DNA from: Halomicrobium mukohataei DSM 12286
Lineage (GTDB): Archaea > Halobacteriota > Halobacteria > Halobacteriales > Haloarculaceae
Length of the DNA stretch: 32,000 bases
Direction: 5' to 3'
Assembly: GCF_000023965.1 (NCBI RefSeq)
Contig: NC_013202.1
Coordinates: 2,760,001 to 2,792,000, forward strand
The translations under genes were made by a program, and so were the position numbers. Under the pieces are notes generated by a model, which had not been told where the DNA came from, made no database searches, and was given only the letters and a program-made list of their open reading frames with translations. Shown one piece after another: positions 8,378-15,796 of the stretch. Within the stretch, counting starts at the first letter, position 1. The number at the start of each line of letters is the position of its first letter.

Positions 8378-8767
8378 TCAGTGCTCGACGAACTCCAGCA
8401 ACACGCCGCCGGTCGAGCGCGGGTGGAGGAACGCCACGTCGTGGCCCCACGCTCCGGGTCGGGGCTCCTCGTCGATCAGGTCCACGCCGGCAGAGCGTGC
8501 GGCCGCCAGTGCGTCCTCGATGTCGTCGGTCGCCACGGCGAGGTGGTGGATGCCGGGGCCGTGGTCCGCGAGATAGCCGGCGATCGCGCCGTCGGCGTCG
8601 GCCGTCGGCTCCAGCAACTCGAAGTAGCCGCCGTCGAGTTCGAGAAAGACGACATCGAGGCCGTCGAAGCGCTCTTCGTGAGCGATCGGTGCGTCCAGAA
8701 GGTCACGATACAGCGCCGCGAGCGTGGCCGCGTCGTCGGTCGCGATGCCGGCGTGGTCGAAGTGCAT
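8378..8767 (-). CDS. mce: Methylmalonyl-CoA epimerase (VOC/glyoxalase fold)
   Basis: MHFDHAGIATDD...GPGIHHLAVATDDIEDALAAARSAGVDLIDEEPRPGAWGHDVAFLHPRSTGGVLLEFVE. This is the epimerase pattern, and a methylmalonyl-CoA mutase gene is 540 nt away. Confidence 0.88.
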   Translation of the reverse strand: MHFDHAGIATDDAATLAALYRDLLDAPIAHEERFDGLDVVFLELDGGYFELLEPTADADGAIAGYLADHGPGIHHLAVATDDIEDALAAARSAGVDLIDEEPRPGAWGHDVAFLHPRSTGGVLLEFVEH

Positions 8768-8805
8768 ATCCGAGCCGACGGCGCGATCCCACTAATGACT
8801 GGGGC

Positions 8806-9246
8806 CTAGGCGGCCGATTCGTTGAGCTGCCAGAACCGTGACGTGCCGTCGCCCCGGTTCTGGATCCGGAGCACCGTGCGCTCGTCGTGCAGCACCGTCA
8901 GCGATTCGAAGTTGTCCGGCAGCGTCAACACCGCCTCGTACCGACAGCCGGGCTCGGAGCTGTTGGTGTCGATCGTCAGGCGGAAGTCGGCGTCGCCCTC
9001 CAGTGAGCTACCGGTCACCGGACCCGAGATCGTCTGGTTCAGCAGGATCGTCTGGTGGCCGCGGTTCGGGACCTGTGCGGTCCATCCGCTCACGTCAGCG
9101 GTCGAGTTACAGTCGCCGGACACGGACGCCGACGGCACCGAAACGCTCAGCGATTGCTGAAAGCCCAGGCTCACGGCCGTCGTCGCGGCGACGCCGACGA
9201 GCAGTCCGATCAGGAAGACTGCGACGAGCCGTCTCGTTTCGACCAT
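8806..9246 (-). CDS. Membrane-anchored or secreted hypothetical protein (146 aa) with several N-glycosylation sequons
   Basis: N-terminal anchor MVETRRLVAVFLIGLLVGVAATTAV. Sequons NST, NQT, NSS and NES, and two Cys. A TATA-like element lies 26 nt upstream of the ATG. No family recognised. Confidence 0.7.
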   Translation of the reverse strand: MVETRRLVAVFLIGLLVGVAATTAVSLGFQQSLSVSVPSASVSGDCNSTADVSGWTAQVPNRGHQTILLNQTISGPVTGSSLEGDADFRLTIDTNSSEPGCRYEAVLTLPDNFESLTVLHDERTVLRIQNRGDGTSRFWQLNESAA

Positions 9247-9268
9247 GTATGCTCCCGATGTACTGCCT

Positions 9269-9276
9269 ACTTAAAT
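9269..9276 (-). promoter_or_regulatory. TATA-box-like element (ATTTAAGT on the minus strand) for a leaderless transcript of the 8806..9246 gene
   Basis: An AT-rich octamer in a GC-rich spacer, centred about 26-27 nt upstream of ATG 9246. Confidence 0.5.
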
Positions 9277-9304
9277 CAGTTGTCGCTATCGCCAGACGAC
9301 GGTC

Positions 9305-10987
9305 CTACGCCGGCCCACCCGGCTGGTACTCCCCGAAGGCGTCACGGAGCACGTCGCAGATCTCGCCCGTGGTCGCGTAGGCCTTGACCGCTCGGATCAT
9401 CGGCGGCAGGAGATTGTCGTCGCCCTCGGCGGCGACACGGAGAGCGTCGAGGCGCTCGGCGACGAGGTCGTCGTCGCGTTCCTCGCGGAGGGCGTCGAGG
9501 CGTTCGTGCTGTCTGGCTTCGAGCGTCTCGTCGACCTCCTCGATCTCGACTGGCTCTTCCTCGTCGACGGTGAACTCGTTGACGCCGACGATGATCCGAT
9601 CACCGGACTCCTGTTCTTGCTGGCGCTCGTAGGCCACGTCCTGGATCTGGCGCTGGACCCACTGGTCCTCGATCGCCCGGCGCATCCCGCCGCGGTCGTC
9701 GACGGTGTCGAGGATCTCGCGGGCGTCGGCGGCCAGCTCGTCGGTGAGCGATTCGACGTAGTAGCTCCCGCCCAGCGGATCGATGGTGTCGGCGACGCCG
9801 GACTCGTGGGCGAGGATCTGCTGGGTCCGCAACGCGGTCCGAACGGAGTCTTCCGTCGGGAGGCCGACGGCCTCGTCTTTGCCGTTCGTGTGGAGGCTCT
9901 GTGTCCCGCCCAGCACCGCAGCCAGTGCCTGGTAGGCGACCCGGACGACGTTGTTCTCGACCTGCTGGGCCGTCAGCGTCGAGCCGGCCGTCTGGGTGTG
10001 GAACTTCAGTTGCTTGCTCTTCGGGTCGTCGGGGTCGAAGCGCTCGTCCATGATCTCGGCCCACAGCCGCCTGGCCGCTCGGAACTTCGCGACCTCTTCG
10101 AAGATGTTGTTGTAGGCGGCGAAGAAAAAGGACAGCTGCGGAGCGAAGTCGTCGACGTCGAGCCCGGCTTCGAGAGCTGTCTCGACGTACTCGATGCCGT
10201 TCCCGAGCGTAAAGGCGATTTCCTGGGCCGCCGTCGATCCGGCCTCGCGGATGTGGTAGCCGGAGATGGAGATCGTGTTGAACTTCGGCACCTCCTGGGA
10301 ACAGAACTCGAAGATGTCGGTGATGATCCGCATCGACGGCTCCGGTGGGTAGATGTAGGTGTTGCGTGCGATGTACTCTTTGAGCACGTCGTTTTGAATC
10401 GTCCCGCGCAGTTCGTCTCGCGGGACGCCCTGCTGGTCGCCGATGGCGACGTACATCGCCAGCAACACGCTCGCTGGCGCGTTGATCGTCATCGAGGTCG
10501 AGACCTCGCCCAGATCGATCCCGTCGAAGACGACCTCCATGTCCCGAAGCGAGTCGATGGCGACGCCGGTCTTCCCGACCTCGCCGGCCGCCATCGCGTC
10601 GTTGGAGTCGTAGCCCATCTGGGTCGGCAGGTCGAAGGCCATCGACAGCCCGGTCTGGCCCTGGTCGAGCAGGTACTGGAACCGTTCGTTCGTCTCGGCC
10701 GCGGTACCCATCCCGGCGTACTGACGCATCGTCCACAGCTGTCCGCGGTACATCGTCGAGTAGACGCCGCGGGTGTAGGGCTCCTCTGCGGGGAACCCCA
10801 GATCCTCCTCGTAGTCGAGATCGGCCACGTCTGCGGGCGTGTAGAGTCGGTCGACCTCGCGGCCCGCCGTGTCAGTGGTGAACTGCTCCTCGCGCTCCCC
10901 GAATCGGTCGAGCGTCGGCCGGGCGGTCTCCTCGTGCCAGCGCTCTTTCTCGGCGCGGATGGCCGCCAGTTCCTCGGGATCGAACAT
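9305..10987 (-). CDS. mcmA: Methylmalonyl-CoA mutase, large (catalytic, substrate-binding) subunit
   Basis: Start at ATG 10987 ([17 protein letters not shown]...). Hallmark blocks are [58 protein letters not shown] and [27 protein letters not shown]. It has no B12-binding domain, so that subunit must be encoded elsewhere. Confidence 0.93.
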   Translation of the reverse strand: MFDPEELAAIRAEKERWHEETARPTLDRFGEREEQFTTDTAGREVDRLYTPADVADLDYEEDLGFPAEEPYTRGVYSTMYRGQLWTMRQYAGMGTAAETNERFQYLLDQGQTGLSMAFDLPTQMGYDSNDAMAAGEVGKTGVAIDSLRDMEVVFDGIDLGEVSTSMTINAPASVLLAMYVAIGDQQGVPRDELRGTIQNDVLKEYIARNTYIYPPEPSMRIITDIFEFCSQEVPKFNTISISGYHIREAGSTAAQEIAFTLGNGIEYVETALEAGLDVDDFAPQLSFFFAAYNNIFEEVAKFRAARRLWAEIMDERFDPDDPKSKQLKFHTQTAGSTLTAQQVENNVVRVAYQALAAVLGGTQSLHTNGKDEAVGLPTEDSVRTALRTQQILAHESGVADTIDPLGGSYYVESLTDELAADAREILDTVDDRGGMRRAIEDQWVQRQIQDVAYERQQEQESGDRIIVGVNEFTVDEEEPVEIEEVDETLEARQHERLDALREERDDDLVAERLDALRVAAEGDDNLLPPMIRAVKAYATTGEICDVLRDAFGEYQPGGPA

Positions 10988-11033
10988 AGCTGATCTCTCG
11001 GGCGGCGCGATCAAAAGGGTGGCGCGCCACGTC

Positions 11034-12689
11034 TCACTCGATCGGCGAGAGCGACACCGTCAGCCGGTCACCGTGAGAGACGTCGTCGATCTCCTCGTCG
11101 AGCCGCAACAGTGTGACACCGTCCTGGGCGTCGATAACGCGGGCCTCGAACTCGTCGGCACGGAGCCGCGTTTCGATCGCGTCGAGTCGGCGTTCGATGT
11201 CGGCCAACCCCGGCGATCCTTCGTCCGCAGGCTCGCCAGCGTCGTCCACCGCAGACTCCGCCGCGTCGTCCACCGCTGACTCCGCCGCGTCGTCGGCCGT
11301 CGGCGACGGCGGACTCGTGTCCGCGACCGACTCGCCCCCTCCGAAGCGCTCGTCGAGGCTGTCGAGGTGGAGTCCCTCACCGGTCAGATCAACGGAGGGA
11401 GTTCGCTCGACCGTCGGGACGGGAACCGACGACGACGAAATGTCCTGGAACAGGTGCCCGGTCATGTCGGTGTTGGCTTCGACGGTTCTGACGGTGCGCT
11501 CGGACACCCAGGGCGGTCCCGTCCACCCGCCCCGATCGAACAGGCAGTACTCGTCGGCGTCGTCGGTGGCCCACACGTAACTGTCGTACCGATCGGTAAA
11601 GCGGTCCGCGCCGTCGTTGCGCTGGTGGACGATGACCGCGTGGACCGGATCGTACGCCGCGACCACGTCGTCGACGACCTCTCTCGTCGGATGATTGCTG
11701 AAGACGAAATCGGCCGTGGTGCATCGACCCGACGTGACCGGGTCCGTCCCGCCGCCGGTCACTTGGACGACGAAGGCGTTGGCGTCGGTCCGCAGTTGCT
11801 CGAAGAGCCTGCTCGAACTCCCGCCGACCGGCACCTCGGGGCCGGCGATGGCGATTGCACCGTTCTCGACGAACTGCCCCGGATCGTCGAATACGGGGAT
11901 CGACTCGACGGCGGGAACCTCGTACCCGAGCCGGTCGTACACGTTCGCGACGTGACCCGCGAGTCGAATCGGCACCCGCTCGTCGATCCGATCGAAGTAG
12001 TGGCCGAGCCAGTAAGCGATCTGGACGCCGGTGAGCGCACTGACACAGGCGAGGACCGGTGCTCCGGCCAGTACCCGCTCCGTGATCGACGTGACGAGCT
12101 CCGTAGCCGTCGCCTCGAACGAGGAGTTCGTCGCGCCGGTCAGGACCAGCACGTCGACCGGGAGGTCCGTCGGGAGGCCGGGATACCCCGCCGCCCCGCG
12201 TCGCGTGAAGTCCCCGGTGGCCAGGATCGTTCGGTACACGTCGTCGTCCCTGACGGCGAAGAGGAACCCACAGGCACCCGGTGCGTGACCCGCGGGGACC
12301 GGATGGACGTGGAGCCCCTCGACGAGGCGCGTCCACGAGTCACACGCGTCGAGTCGGTCGATGACCCGCTCGGTCTCGGTGATGTCGTAGTACGCCTCTC
12401 CCGCCGCCAACACGTCTTCGAGAATTGCGGTCGTCGACGGCGTTGCCAGAATCGGTGCGCCGTCTTGAATCACCCGACCGAGCGACTCGTAGTGGTCGAG
12501 GTGGGCGTGTGTCAGACAGACGGCCGTCAGGTACTCGTCGGCCGACCGATCCAACAGGTCGTCGACTGTCGCTCCACTTCCGGCGTCGATCAATACGGCG
12601 ACGGTCTGATCGGGAATCAGCTCCTCGAAACGCAGCAGCGTCGACTCCCTGCCCCCGCGAGGATTCGCGTGTTGATACGTTATGCGCAC
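11034..12689 (-). CDS. Divergent beta-CASP family metallo-beta-lactamase-fold nuclease with an acidic, repeat-containing C-terminal extension
   Basis: MBL motifs: LIDAGSG (D), [10 protein letters not shown] (HxHxDH), [11 protein letters not shown] (H), ILATGDF (D). beta-CASP-like motifs: [10 protein letters not shown]...[20 protein letters not shown] (motif B His), AVIVHQRND (motif C His). The C-terminal 150 aa or so are acidic, with AESAVDDA repeats. Confidence 0.8.
   Translation of the reverse strand: MRITYQHANPRGGRESTLLRFEELIPDQTVAVLIDAGSGATVDDLLDRSADEYLTAVCLTHAHLDHYESLGRVIQDGAPILATPSTTAILEDVLAAGEAYYDITETERVIDRLDACDSWTRLVEGLHVHPVPAGHAPGACGFLFAVRDDDVYRTILATGDFTRRGAAGYPGLPTDLPVDVLVLTGATNSSFEATATELVTSITERVLAGAPVLACVSALTGVQIAYWLGHYFDRIDERVPIRLAGHVANVYDRLGYEVPAVESIPVFDDPGQFVENGAIAIAGPEVPVGGSSSRLFEQLRTDANAFVVQVTGGGTDPVTSGRCTTADFVFSNHPTREVVDDVVAAYDPVHAVIVHQRNDGADRFTDRYDSYVWATDDADEYCLFDRGGWTGPPWVSERTVRTVEANTDMTGHLFQDISSSSVPVPTVERTPSVDLTGEGLHLDSLDERFGGGESVADTSPPSPTADDAAESAVDDAAESAVDDAGEPADEGSPGLADIERRLDAIETRLRADEFEARVIDAQDGVTLLRLDEEIDDVSHGDRLTVSLSPIE
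11239..11295. repeat. In-frame 24-bp tandem repeat (2.4 copies) inside the beta-CASP gene
   Basis: GCGTCGTCCACCGC[A/T]GACTCCGCC at 11239-11262 and 11263-11286, with a partial third copy. It encodes (AESAVDDA)n on the minus strand. Confidence 0.9.
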
Positions 12690-12839
12690 ACTGGTTTCAC
12701 CATCCCACTGGATCGAAACACTCGATTCGACAATAAATATGTCCCCTGCAAGCCCCGGTGGGGCGGCCGCGGCACAGTCCCGCGTCGCTGCCGTCGTGGA
12801 CGACGGGAGGGGACCCAGAACCGACGTGGCGACCGCAGT

Positions 12840-13571
12840 TCACGCGTCGTCGAGCAGGTACCGGAAGGCCCGCAGCGTGTTGTGACCGGCGTCGGTCAGT
12901 TCGACGCGTTTCGAGCGCCCTCGCTCGGTGATCGTGACGTAGCCGGTCTCGGCCAGCGGCGAGAGGACGTGACTGTCCAGCAGCCGGTACTGGCTCTTGC
13001 GGTTGGCCGCGTCGTGTTCCGCGAGGAAGGGCAGCCCCTCCTCCTCGCCGAAGTCGATCAACGCCCGCTTGGTCACACCGCCTTCCGCTTCGAGGTGTGC
13101 CATGACGGCCACCTGCTGGGGATCGGGATGGTCCATTGGATACGTCGGTAGCTCCGTCACCTCGCGGATGCCCTCGGCAACGTCGCCGTCCGTCTCGGCG
13201 GCGTAGCGCTCGGCGCGCACGTAGTACGGCGTCGCGCCCGTCGCCATGCAGGCGATCATGCCGCCGATGGCGGTGACCTTGCTGCCGGTCGCGAGGTTGA
13301 CGTACACGTCGTGGTCGGCGAACTGGGTCGCCAGTTCGGCGATGGTCCCCAGCGAATCGTAGAAGTCGAAGATGTTGCAGTCGATCGTCTCGTGGTCGAT
13401 GCCCGCACCGTCCAGGCGCTCACGGACGGTCTCGCTGTAAGAGGGATGGGGCGTCTGGTCGTCGTACGCCAGCAACACGACGCGGTCGGCGCTGAACCGC
13501 TGGGCAGAGAGGACGATCCGATCGTTCTCGTAGCCGACGGGCATCAGGTGTACGCGCTGGGCAACGTCCAT
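12840..13571 (-). CDS. CARF/Csa3-like Rossmann sensor domain fused to a C-terminal winged-helix DNA-binding domain (probable transcription regulator)
   Basis: Start at ATG 13571 (MDVAQRVHLMPVGYENDRIVL...). The N-domain alternates beta/alpha elements and carries a CARF-like glycine-rich motif VYVNLATGSKVTAIGGMIA. The C-terminal wHTH is GGVTKRALIDF...YRLLDSHVLSPLAETGYVTITERGRSKRVELTDAG. I believe it matches the haloarchaeal 'HFX_2341-type' regulator family, but this is unverified. Confidence 0.8.
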   Translation of the reverse strand: MDVAQRVHLMPVGYENDRIVLSAQRFSADRVVLLAYDDQTPHPSYSETVRERLDGAGIDHETIDCNIFDFYDSLGTIAELATQFADHDVYVNLATGSKVTAIGGMIACMATGATPYYVRAERYAAETDGDVAEGIREVTELPTYPMDHPDPQQVAVMAHLEAEGGVTKRALIDFGEEEGLPFLAEHDAANRKSQYRLLDSHVLSPLAETGYVTITERGRSKRVELTDAGHNTLRAFRYLLDDA

Positions 13572-13685
13572 GTCTACGGCGTCGACACCCCGGCACAAAA
13601 AGACTGTGTCGACAATAGCGACAACTGTGTCGGCCGTCGCGTGACTGTCGCCGCTGTCGTGACAGAACTCTTACCAGACCCCCGA

Positions 13686-14942
13686 GTGCGCTCGACCGTG
13701 CCGACAGATCTGACCGCAGTCGACGAGTCGCTCGCGGACGCACTGTCAGCCGAACGAGAGCGCCAGCGCGAGACGCTGACGCTGATCGCCAGCGAGAACC
13801 ACGCCAGCGAGGCCGTCTTGCGGGCACAGGGCTCTGTCCTGACGAACAACTACGCCGAGGGCCGTCCGGGCGACCGCTACTACGCCGGCTGTGAGCACGC
13901 CGACGAGGTCGAACGACTGGCAATCGAGCGCGCGAGAGAACTGTTCGACGCGCCCCACGCCAACGTCCAGCCACACTCGGGCACGCAGGCCAACCTCGCG
14001 GCCTACGAGGCCCTGCTGGCACCGGGTGACCGCATCCTCTCGCTGGAACTCTCCGATGGCGGCCACCTCAGCCACGGCCACGACGCGACCGCGGTGGCGA
14101 CCCACTACGACGTAGCCCACTACCACGTCGACCCGGAGACCGGCCGGCTCGACTACGAGGCCGTCACCGAGCGCGCTCGCGAGACGGACCCGGACCTGCT
14201 CGTCTCTGGCTACTCTGCGTATCCCCGGCAGATCGACTGGGAGCGTCTGCAAGCGATCGCCGAATCGGTCGACGCCGTCCACGTCGCCGACATCGCCCAC
14301 CTCACCGGCCTCGTCGCCGCCGATCTCTACCCCTCTCCAGTCGGCGTCGCCGACGTGGTGACCTGTTCGACGCACAAGACGATCCGGTCGGGCCGGGGTG
14401 GCATGATCATGGCCAGCGAGGAGTACGCAAAGGCGGTCGACCGAGCGGTGTTCCCGGGCTGTCAGGGCGGCCCGCTGATGCACAACGTCGCGGGCAAGGC
14501 CGCAGGCTTCCACGAGGCTCTCCAGCCGGCGTTCGAGTCGTACGCGGACCAGATCGTCGAGAACGCGACCACCCTCGACGAGCAACTGTCCCAGCGCGAC
14601 TTCGATCTGGTCTCGGGCGGCACCGACGTACACTTCGTCCTCGTGGACTTCCAGCAGAGCCATCCCGATCTCACCGGTCAGCGCGCCGAAGCAGCCCTCG
14701 AAGACGCCGGCATCGTCTGCAACAAGTCGACGGTCCCCGGCGACCGGCGCAAATCGACGGTCACCAGCGGCGTCCGCCTCGGCACGCCCGCGATCACGAC
14801 GCGGGGCTTCGACGCCGACGCGACTCGGCGGCTCGCCGAGGCCATCGCGGACGTGCTCGACGCGCCCGATGACGAGACCGTCCGAGAGAACGCGGGCGAG
14901 GTCGTCACCGACCTCTGTGATCGGTTCCCAGTCTACGAATAG
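13686..14942 (+). CDS. glyA: Serine hydroxymethyltransferase
   Basis: LIASENHASEAVLRAQGSVLTNNYAEGRPGDRYYAGCEH, NVQPHSGTQAN, and the PLP lysine block VVTCSTHKTIRSGRGG. There is no in-frame ATG after the divergent gene. Candidate GTG starts are 13641, 13686 and 13698. I chose 13686 by length comparison with haloarchaeal GlyA N-termini from memory. Confidence 0.9.
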   Translation: MRSTVPTDLTAVDESLADALSAERERQRETLTLIASENHASEAVLRAQGSVLTNNYAEGRPGDRYYAGCEHADEVERLAIERARELFDAPHANVQPHSGTQANLAAYEALLAPGDRILSLELSDGGHLSHGHDATAVATHYDVAHYHVDPETGRLDYEAVTERARETDPDLLVSGYSAYPRQIDWERLQAIAESVDAVHVADIAHLTGLVAADLYPSPVGVADVVTCSTHKTIRSGRGGMIMASEEYAKAVDRAVFPGCQGGPLMHNVAGKAAGFHEALQPAFESYADQIVENATTLDEQLSQRDFDLVSGGTDVHFVLVDFQQSHPDLTGQRAEAALEDAGIVCNKSTVPGDRRKSTVTSGVRLGTPAITTRGFDADATRRLAEAIADVLDAPDDETVRENAGEVVTDLCDRFPVYE

Positions 14943-14946
14943 CGGC

Positions 14947-15187
14947 CCCGAACGAGCCGACTCTACCGCCCAGTGTCGTACTTGTAGGTCGCCTCGTCCG
15001 GATGTGGACCCGAACGAGCCGAATCTACCGCCCAGTGTCGTACTTGTAGGTCGCCTCGTCCGGATGTGGACCCGAACGAGCCGACTCTACCGCCCAGTGT
15101 CGTACTTGTAGGTCGCCTCGTCCGGATGTGGACCCGAACGAGCCGAATCTACCGCCCAGTGTCGTACTTGTAGGTCGCCTCGTCCGG
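14947..15187. repeat. Tandem repeat of 62 bp x about 3.9 copies, duplicating the 3' end (last 12 codons plus stop plus 23 nt) of the GNAT gene
   Basis: Unit starts are 14947, 15009, 15071 and 15133. Copies are identical except for an alternating C/A at 14961, 15023, 15085 and 15147. Homology ends at 15187 inside the GNAT CDS. Confidence 0.97.
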
Positions 15188-15733
15188 GTCGATCCCGAAG
15201 TCCTCCGGCCCTTCCTCCGGCTCGGCTTCTTCGTCGGCACCAGGGGCGGCATCCTTGAACGCGTCACGGAAGCGCTGTGGCAACTCGAAGCGGTCGACGG
15301 CCAGCCGGACCGGCACCGCGTCGGGCTGGATGTTCTCCTGTTTGGTCGCCAGTCGCTCGCGGAGTTTCTCCGGCAGCTGAGCCACCTCAATCGGTTCGAA
15401 CCCGAACTGTGTGAGGTACTCGGCTTCGTCGGTCAGCGAGTACACCTCGTCGAAGCCCTGATCCCCGGCGTACTCAACGAGTCGTTCGATGACGTGTGCG
15501 CCGACGCCCTGACCGCGCCAGCGGTCGAGGACGCCGATACTCGTCAGCTCGCAGATCTCCGCGTCGTCGGTCCTGTGGACCCGGATGCGGCCGAAGCCGG
15601 CCTTCTCGTTGTCCGCCTCGTCGATCGCGATGACGTAGTCGCGGGACCGAAACGCACTCGCGTCGAGCCCCATCTCCTCGATGTGATCCAGCAACCAGAC
15701 CTCCTCTCGGTTTTTGGCGTCCCGGACGTACAT
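15149..15733 (-). CDS. GNAT-family N-acetyltransferase with an acidic C-terminal tail
   Basis: Acetyl-CoA binding motif VLDRWRGQGVGAHVIERLVEYA (R/Q-x-x-G-x-G/A). The C-terminal tail is DAAPGADEEAEPEEGPEDFGIDPDEATYKYDTGR. ATG start at 15733. Confidence 0.88.
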   Translation of the reverse strand: MYVRDAKNREEVWLLDHIEEMGLDASAFRSRDYVIAIDEADNEKAGFGRIRVHRTDDAEICELTSIGVLDRWRGQGVGAHVIERLVEYAGDQGFDEVYSLTDEAEYLTQFGFEPIEVAQLPEKLRERLATKQENIQPDAVPVRLAVDRFELPQRFRDAFKDAAPGADEEAEPEEGPEDFGIDPDEATYKYDTGR

Positions 15734-15796
15734 GCTCGACTCTAGGCCGGCCCGAGTGAAAAGGATACGGTCACCCGCGTCGGAACGCCCGTCGGC

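Noticed and set aside
14947-15187. Regularly spaced repeats that a CRISPR finder might flag (period 62 bp, four copies)
   Set aside because: The whole 62-bp unit is repeated, so the 'spacers' are identical to each other. The array overlaps a gene's 3' end, and there are no cas genes and no leader. It is a tandem duplication, not a CRISPR array.
15025-15390. ORFs running through the tandem repeat (15025..15390 minus, 14869..15111 plus, 15128..15745 plus) that could suggest alternative C-termini or new genes
   Set aside because: They exist only because the repeat lacks stops in those frames. The translations are Arg/Ser/Pro-rich. The GNAT frame terminates at its first TAG (15149), and the 62-bp period shifts frame at each unit.
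15391-15405. tRNA T-arm-like sequence TCGG-TTCGAAC-CCGA
   Set aside because: It lies inside the GNAT coding region and has no acceptor, D or anticodon arms around it. I could not find a tRNA-like cloverleaf in any intergenic gap.
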